Shown in pieces: positions 57,336-64,000 of a stretch of DNA of 64,000 nucleotides. The position numbers were made by a program, and so were the translations under genes. How positions within the stretch are numbered: position 1 is the first letter of the stretch; every line of letters begins with the position of its first letter. The notes under the pieces are model-generated. The model was not told where the DNA came from and ran no database searches. It worked only from the letters and a program-made list of their open reading frames with translations. Source of the stretch: Eledone cirrhosa (taxonomy: Eukaryota); NCBI GenBank assembly GCA_964016885.1, contig OZ024745.1:58900001-58964000 (forward strand), written 5' to 3'.

Positions 57336-58337
57336 TACATCTGAAGGACTGAAAAGTTAATAGATTGACGGAGTGATGCTAGAGCTGTGAAATCTTGCAT
57401 GCATTAATTTCAACTTTTCTTATTAATAACTGCATTGTTTCTTTCCAGATAAACTGACATCTGACTGTTCAAAGAAGACTTCAAAATTAACTAGTAGCAA
57501 TTTCTCTTGAAAATGGACAAAATTGACAACGTGGTGTTATCAAGTACCTGCAGAAAAAGGGTTTAACTCCCAAGGACATTCATGCTAACATGGTTACTAC
57601 ATTAGGGGATGACACTCCAGATTTATCAACAGTGCAAAAGTGGGCAGCTGAATATAGGAGGTGAAGGGAGAGTCTTGGAGATGACCCAATGTCTGGACGT
57701 TCTACAACTGCCACCACCGAGGAAAACGTTGATTGTGTTTACCGCATGTTGATGAATGACAGGCGATTGACTATAAATCAAATGGCCAATGCTATTAACA
57801 TATCTCGTGAGAGAGTTTTGTATATTCTGCACAATGAACTTGGCATGGCGAAGGTTTCTGCTCGGTGGGTACCACGTCTTCTGACACCTGATCAAAAGCG
57901 CACCAGGTTAATGACATCACGGAATATTCTGACATTGTTTGAGGCGGATCTAGCTGGTTTCCTTGAACGTTTCTTAACCCAGGATGAGCGTTAGGTTCAT
58001 CACTTTGAGCCAGAGACAAAGAGACGATGCATACAGGGAAAACAAGCCCCTTCGCCTGCTCCAAAGATTTGGCCCCATCTGACTACCATTTGTTGCCCAA
58101 CGTGAAAAGCACTTAGCTGGGAACCAGTATCGCTATGATGATGACGTCATATCTGCTGTTGATGACGTTTTTACGAACAGGATGAAAGCCTCTTCGCCAA
58201 TGGGATTCAAGTACTACAACACCGATGAAAAACGTATGGGGACCTCAAAGGATACTATGTAAAAAATAAACATTATTTGGTGGCACTCCATGAGAGTATC
58301 TTGGTCAACCTATGAACATTTCAGCCGGCACTCTCTA
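57336..58337 (+). mobile_element. Decayed mariner transposon with an internally deleted transposase pseudogene (about 57512-58270)
   Basis: VIKYLQKKG, DDP.SGR, ARWVPRLL, TQDE and LAPSDYHL motifs; degenerate TIRs ctgaaaagtt.atag.ttgac / gtcaacctatgaacatttcag. Confidence 0.88.
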
Positions 58338-58495
58338 TCCTTCTATGTCAACTTTTATTCCTCATTCTATCATCTGATGAAGGACTAGTGAACAAAACAT
58401 AAAATCTCCTTTCCTACTATATTAAACGTTATACTAATATATTTCTTTATTGTACTGTGTTGTTTGACTTGTTTCTGTTTGCTGTTTGTATATAA

Positions 58496-58538
<43 letters not shown>

Positions 58539-58772
58539 ATAATAAGGGTTGACGGACCCAGCATATTTATCAATGCCAGTACCGGTTGTATCTCAGCGCA
58601 CTCAATGGGCAATGTAAGATATATTTATATCTTCGTTTCATTTTTTCCGTTTATCGTTTTCGGTGCACCCGGCCGATTAACCCACTCTATATGCAAATTG
58701 GGCTACTCAGCCGTTAATATGCATAAGGAAAGTATATACTTTCAGACGTTCAACAATCTGGCAGGAAGGTAT

Positions 58773-58817
58773 ACGTTGCTGACGATAGCAAATAAGCTTG
58801 AAACTAGTACATCCGTT
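58773..58817 (+). ncRNA. Hammerhead of the 1205-1688 family (diverged)
   Basis: acgttg-CTGACGA-tagcaaataagctt-GAAA-ctag-TA-catccgt. Confidence 0.7.
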
Positions 58818-58985
58818 CCTTTGTCAGTGTTGAACAAACGAGCAACGATGGTTGCTAGACACTACGGCTTAATACGGGATGTTTGTTTACAAACACACTG
58901 AGCATTATAATAAATGTTCGGTGAATCGATACGTACATATATATATGTGTGCATGTATGTATATATATATATACATACATATGTG

Positions 58986-59594
58986 TGTCAGGTCACCAGT
59001 TGGTGCTACTGGTAACATGTATCCCAGTACAACCTGTCCCATGGTCGGGTCGTTGGCGACTAAACTGGCAACCCCACCAAGGTTTCTTGGTGAGGAGGGT
59101 GACTTTGGACATCCTGCAGGACTAAAAACAAAACCTGTCAAAGGGCAAAGGAGCTCTTAAGAGTCAATGGCCATCCAAAATCACCGGGAGAGATGACCCC
59201 TTAGCCTTTGTCAAGGCAGAATTCTAGGAGAAGGAAAACTCTGATATAACACCTGCAACCCTGATGGTATCCAATGATGTTGACTTGTTCTTCTTTTTGG
59301 TAAATATCATCTTGATTAAGAGAGTGGGACTGGCTTTGTGCAGTGCCTTTGCTCACTATAAAAGCTTCACGGCACAGGCATTGCTTTATATCTGGAGATC
59401 TCTCTGCACTTGTCGTCACATGGTACCATGGGCCCAGCACTATGTGTCAGTAATTGTCACAAGTGTAGTGTTTGTACCAGAGTTTTCATGTCACAGGCTG
59501 GACTAAAAAGTCACACTCGTTCAGCGCATCGGTAGGGGTTCTCCTACATGGATATAAAGTAGTGGCCGTACTCGAAAGCGAGTTGGCAGCCACC
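58986..59594 (-). mobile_element. Copy of the ~600-bp (ACAT)n-associated retroposon, nested in a hammerhead-bearing element
   Basis: Reverse complement of 10611-11218; the host element continues on both sides. Confidence 0.8.
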
Positions 59595-60164
59595 ATATAT
59601 ATACATACTACTGTACGTCTGTATACATATATGTATGTACGTGTACATACTTATATTTAAGTAACAGCCGTACTAAGAGTGGGAAATGAAATTTCGTTTC
59701 ATTTTTTCCGTTTATATATATATATATGCATATGTATTCACACAACCAACCGCCATATATAATGATGTTTACATTTAAACAAGGACATTTGAATGGAGCG
59801 ATATTGTTTGTTGCTCTGAATACTAACGTGTTACTATATCATCTATAACGATGTAAGCATGCGCCAACATGTTTGTGATTAGATGCGCGTTTATTTATTT
59901 TATTACTTTGTTTGCTTTATAATAAACCTACTCAATCACTTTCCACTATCATCACATACACATACAAATATATATGTATGTATGCTTGTGTGTGTATGTA
60001 TATATGTATGTACGTATGAAAGTATGTATCTATATGTAGATATCTCTATGCATGTATTTATGTATGTATGTGTGTATGTATGTGTGTATGTATAAATGCA
60101 TCTTTGGATTTATGGATGGATGGATTGATGGATGGATGGAGGTATATATAGATATATGTTTGGT

Positions 60165-60565
60165 GCCAGAGCAAGCAGTTAGCCCACCGGGAATGAAAAA
60201 CTCCTAGTTTCTTGTAAGGACATCATTCTAGGAAAAAGAAAACTCTGATTTAAAACATGCGACTCGATGACACCCAATGATGCTGACCTGTTCTTCTTTT
60301 TGGATAACTGTGACCAATGTCCAGAGTATGGGAATGGTCCAGTTCAAGGCCTTTCTTCATTGAAAAAAGCTTCAAGCAGAGGCATCACTTGATCTAAACG
60401 ACTTTCACGTGTGTTGCGTGAGCAAGTCCATTTTTTTTTTTAGTTTCACTGCAGCATGTATAGAAAGTAATCTAGGTCCTTGTCAGGACTAAAAAGTTAT
60501 GTTCGTGCCAACCATGTATAAATAAAAGATCAAGCGACGGCAATTCTTGAAACTGTGATTCAGCC
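60165..60565 (-). mobile_element. Old diverged relative of the ~600-bp element
   Basis: ctaggaaaaagaaaactctgat, ccaatgatgctgacctgttcttctttttgg and ggactaaaaagtta segments. Confidence 0.6.
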
Positions 60566-60677
60566 ATTATGAATGCATATATGTTTCTATCTATGCATGC
60601 ATATATTCATGCATATAAGTATGTGTGTGAGAGAGAGAGAGAGAGAGAATGAGTGTGCGCGTGTGGGGGGGGGGGGT

Positions 60678-60715
<38 letters not shown>

Positions 60716-61411
60716 GTAAGTATACACTGTAGATTTGTTGTATATCTTCGTCCACACCAATGCTAAATCTCTATATGTAAAAACTACAGTAAAGTAAGTC
60801 AAAACGTAACTACTCTCTACCTATATTTATTATATTTTCTCGTATTGCAACTCTAATTTACCACAATAAAATGTCAAATATAAAAAAGTATATCAGTGAG
60901 AAATATGTGACAGTGATTAATGTGTTAGCTCATATATGAACGTATCTTTCTTGGAGGGGGAAACTCTTGATAAAGCGTGAACAGGCTAATGAATTCATAT
61001 AACAATGTGGAACAAAACCATTGTAGAATGTGTGATGTGTATATCAACTTCTTTATGTGTGTGAATGAGTGCGTGTGTGCGTGTGTATGTGTGTGAGTGA
61101 GTGTGTGCGCGTGTGTGTGAATGAGTGAGCGTGTGCGTGTGTGTGTGAGTGTGTGTGAGTGCGTGTGTGTGTATGTGTGTGTGTGAGTGTGCGTATGTGT
61201 ATGTGTGTGTGTGAGTGCGTGTGTGTATGTGTGTGTGTGAGTGAGTGTGAGTGTGCGCGTGTGTATGTATGTGCGTGTGTGTGAGTGTGTGTGCGTGTGT
61301 GTGTGTGTATGTGTGTGTGTGTGCGTATTTATACCTATGCATACACACACACAAACATCTCCCATGTGTATGTACGTGTATATGCATATATGTGTATAGA
61401 TATACACACAT

Positions 61412-61451
<40 letters not shown>

Positions 61452-61639
61452 ATATATGTGTGTGTATATATGTGTGTGTGTATATGTATGTGTGTGTATA
61501 TATGTGCGTATATGTGTGTGTATATGTGTGTGTATATACATGATGTTTATCTCTACATATCTGTATACGTTGTTTATTGTATCATACATTAAGGCAACAA
61601 AATATTGATTTTAACTAGCATGACAACATTGTGTAATGT

Positions 61640-62836
61640 ATATACACACCCGATGACATAGAGGCACACATACACACATACACACATATATACATATACA
61701 TACATACACACACACACCCAATGACATAGAGGCACACATACACACATACACACATATATACACACATATACACACATACACACACCCAATGAGATAGAGG
61801 CACACATACACACATATATATACACACATACACACATATACACACCCAATGACATAGAGGCACACATGGTGGCTGCCAACTCGTTTTCGAGTACGGCCAC
61901 TACTTTATATCCATGTAGGAGAACCCCTACCGATGCGCTGAACGAGTGTGACTTTTTAGTCCAGCCAGCGACTTGAAAACTCTGGTACAAACACTACACT
62001 TGTGACAATTATTGACACATAGTGCTGGGCCCATGGTACCATGTGACGACAAGTGCAGAGAGATCTCCAGATATAAAGCAATGCCTGTGCCGTGAAGCTT
62101 TTATACTGAGCAAAGGCACTGCACAAAGCCAGTCCCACTCTCTTAACCAAGATGATATTTACCAAAAAGAAGAACAAGTCAACATCATTGGATACCATCA
62201 GGGTTGCAGGTGTTATATCAGAGTTTTCCTTCTCCTAGAATTCTGCCTTGACAAAGGCTAAGGGGTCATCTCTCCCGGTGATTTTGGATGGCCATTGACT
62301 CTTAAGAGCTCCTTTTCCCTTTGACAGGTTTTGTTTTTAGTCCTGCAGGATGTCCAAAGTCAGCCTCCTCACCAAGAAACCTTGGTGGGGTTGCCAGTTT
62401 AGTCGCCAACGACCCGACCATGGGTCAGGTTGTACTGGGATACATGTTACCAGTAGCACCAACTGGTGACCTGACATAAAGAGGCACACATACACACATA
62501 TATACACACATATACACACACCAAATGACATAGAGGCACACATACACACACATATACACACATATACACACACCCAATGACATAGAGGCACACATACACA
62601 CATATATACACACATATACACACCCAATGACATAGAGGCACACATACACACATATATACACACATATACACACCCAATGACATAGGGGCTCACATACACA
62701 CATATATACACACATATATACACACACCGAATGACATAGAGGCACATATAGACACACACACACACAAACAATGACATAACGGCACGCATAGACACACATA
62801 TACACACACATAGACACACACACATGCTCATGCACA

Positions 62837-62873
<37 letters not shown>

Positions 62874-63110
62874 TCTCATGCACACTCACACACACACACA
62901 CACACGCACACCATATGACATAGAGGCACAGACAGACACACACACACATGCTCATGCACACTCACACACACACACAATGACATAGAGGCACACATAGACA
63001 CCAACATATACCCGTACGCACACACGCAATGACATAGAGGCACAGACATACACACACACACACACACACATGCACACTCACACACACACACACACACCCA
63101 ATGACATACA
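61640..63110 (+). repeat. ~50-bp (CA/TA)-derived minisatellite (tgacatagaggcacacatacacac...cccaa) interrupted by the ~600-bp element at 61868-62477
   Basis: The gacatagaggcac anchor is repeated on both sides of the element. Confidence 0.85.
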
Positions 63111-63136
63111 CACACACACATGCACACACACACACT

Positions 63137-63188
<52 letters not shown>

Positions 63189-63243
63189 TAGATAGATTAA
63201 TATACAAATATTAATAAAATAGATGTTCTTTTGATCAATTACG

Positions 63244-63294
63244 TTTTGTTATACATATTTCGGATGTACAATAGTACGTCCTCATCAGACAAAA
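63244..63294 (-). ncRNA. Type I hammerhead in an inverted pLTR
   Basis: Minus strand: ttttgt-CTGATGA-ggacgtactattgtacatcc-GAAA-tatgta-TA-acaaaa. Confidence 0.88.
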
Positions 63295-63367
63295 TATAAT
63301 GATAGATGACATAGCCTGAGATGTTAAATGGTTATGATTGACATACTCATTGAATACTGTTTAACAC

Positions 63368-63440
<73 letters not shown>

Positions 63441-63476
63441 AAATTAAATTAAGGTTGTCATGACTGAGAGACATGC

Positions 63477-63527
<51 letters not shown>

Positions 63528-63543
63528 TAAAATAACAGATTAA

Positions 63544-64000
63544 AGTTTATGGATTAAAAAATCCAATAGTACCCCATTCGACGTGAGTATGGGCGCCAGT
63601 GACTCTGCAGAGATTACTGATCTTATTGGCCTTTTCCTTCTTTTCTCTATCAAGGACGAATTCCCCAACGTGGGCGGTGGTTTGTACCGTGACGATGGTC
63701 TTTTGATCATGACTAAGTGCGGACCTCGTGCTTGCGACAGGTTCAGAAAAGAACTCACAGCCTTCTTTAAAGGCTTCAACCTCTCTATACAGGTTGAGGC
63801 CAATCTCTCGGTCGTTAATTACCTCGACGTTACCCTCAATTTATTGAATGGGTTGTATTACCCGTATAGAAAGCCGAATGGTACGCTTAATTACATAAGT
63901 AAGCATTCCAACCATCCTGCCAGCATAACCAAGAACCTGGTAAAAAACGTTTCGTTGAGGCTTTCCCGTCTCTCCACCAACGAGCGCATTTTCAGCGACC
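63544..64000 (+). CDS. 5'-truncated PLE RT running off the window (not in the ORF track)
   Basis: Open frame LWIKK...FDVSMGASDSAEITDLIGLFLL...GGGLYRDDGL...VVNYLDVTL...HSNHP. Confidence 0.88.

Overview
AT-rich, microsatellite-saturated eukaryotic (animal) DNA. The repeat landscape suggests a cephalopod such as an octopus, but that is inference only. I found no convincing host exon, and nearly all ORF-track entries are translations of (TA)n, (TG)n and (CATA)n repeats. The window is a mosaic of retroelements. (1) Penelope-like elements (PLEs): one intact 737-aa RT plus GIY-YIG copy with near-identical direct pLTRs, three truncated copies with an inverted pLTR, and many ORF-less pLTR hairpins. 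Together they carry more than a dozen readable hammerhead ribozymes, several with very long helix II inserts. (2) A 617-bp tandem array with a variant hammerhead, resembling a retrozyme. (3) Tx1/L1-like, R4-like and RTE-like LINE remnants, with the main families each sitting in their own microsatellite class. (4) tRNA-derived SINEs, a decayed mariner and several MITEs. The most notable signal is a small bulged hairpin, RCTC-[variable stem-loop]-TY-GAGY-(G/A/T)CT. It recurs in unrelated PLE families, shows covariation, and lies 0-8 nt from the point where each element copy joins its (TA)n target. It is a candidate cis-acting integration or RT-initiation signal that works with the hammerhead. 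All folds were read by eye and none were computed.
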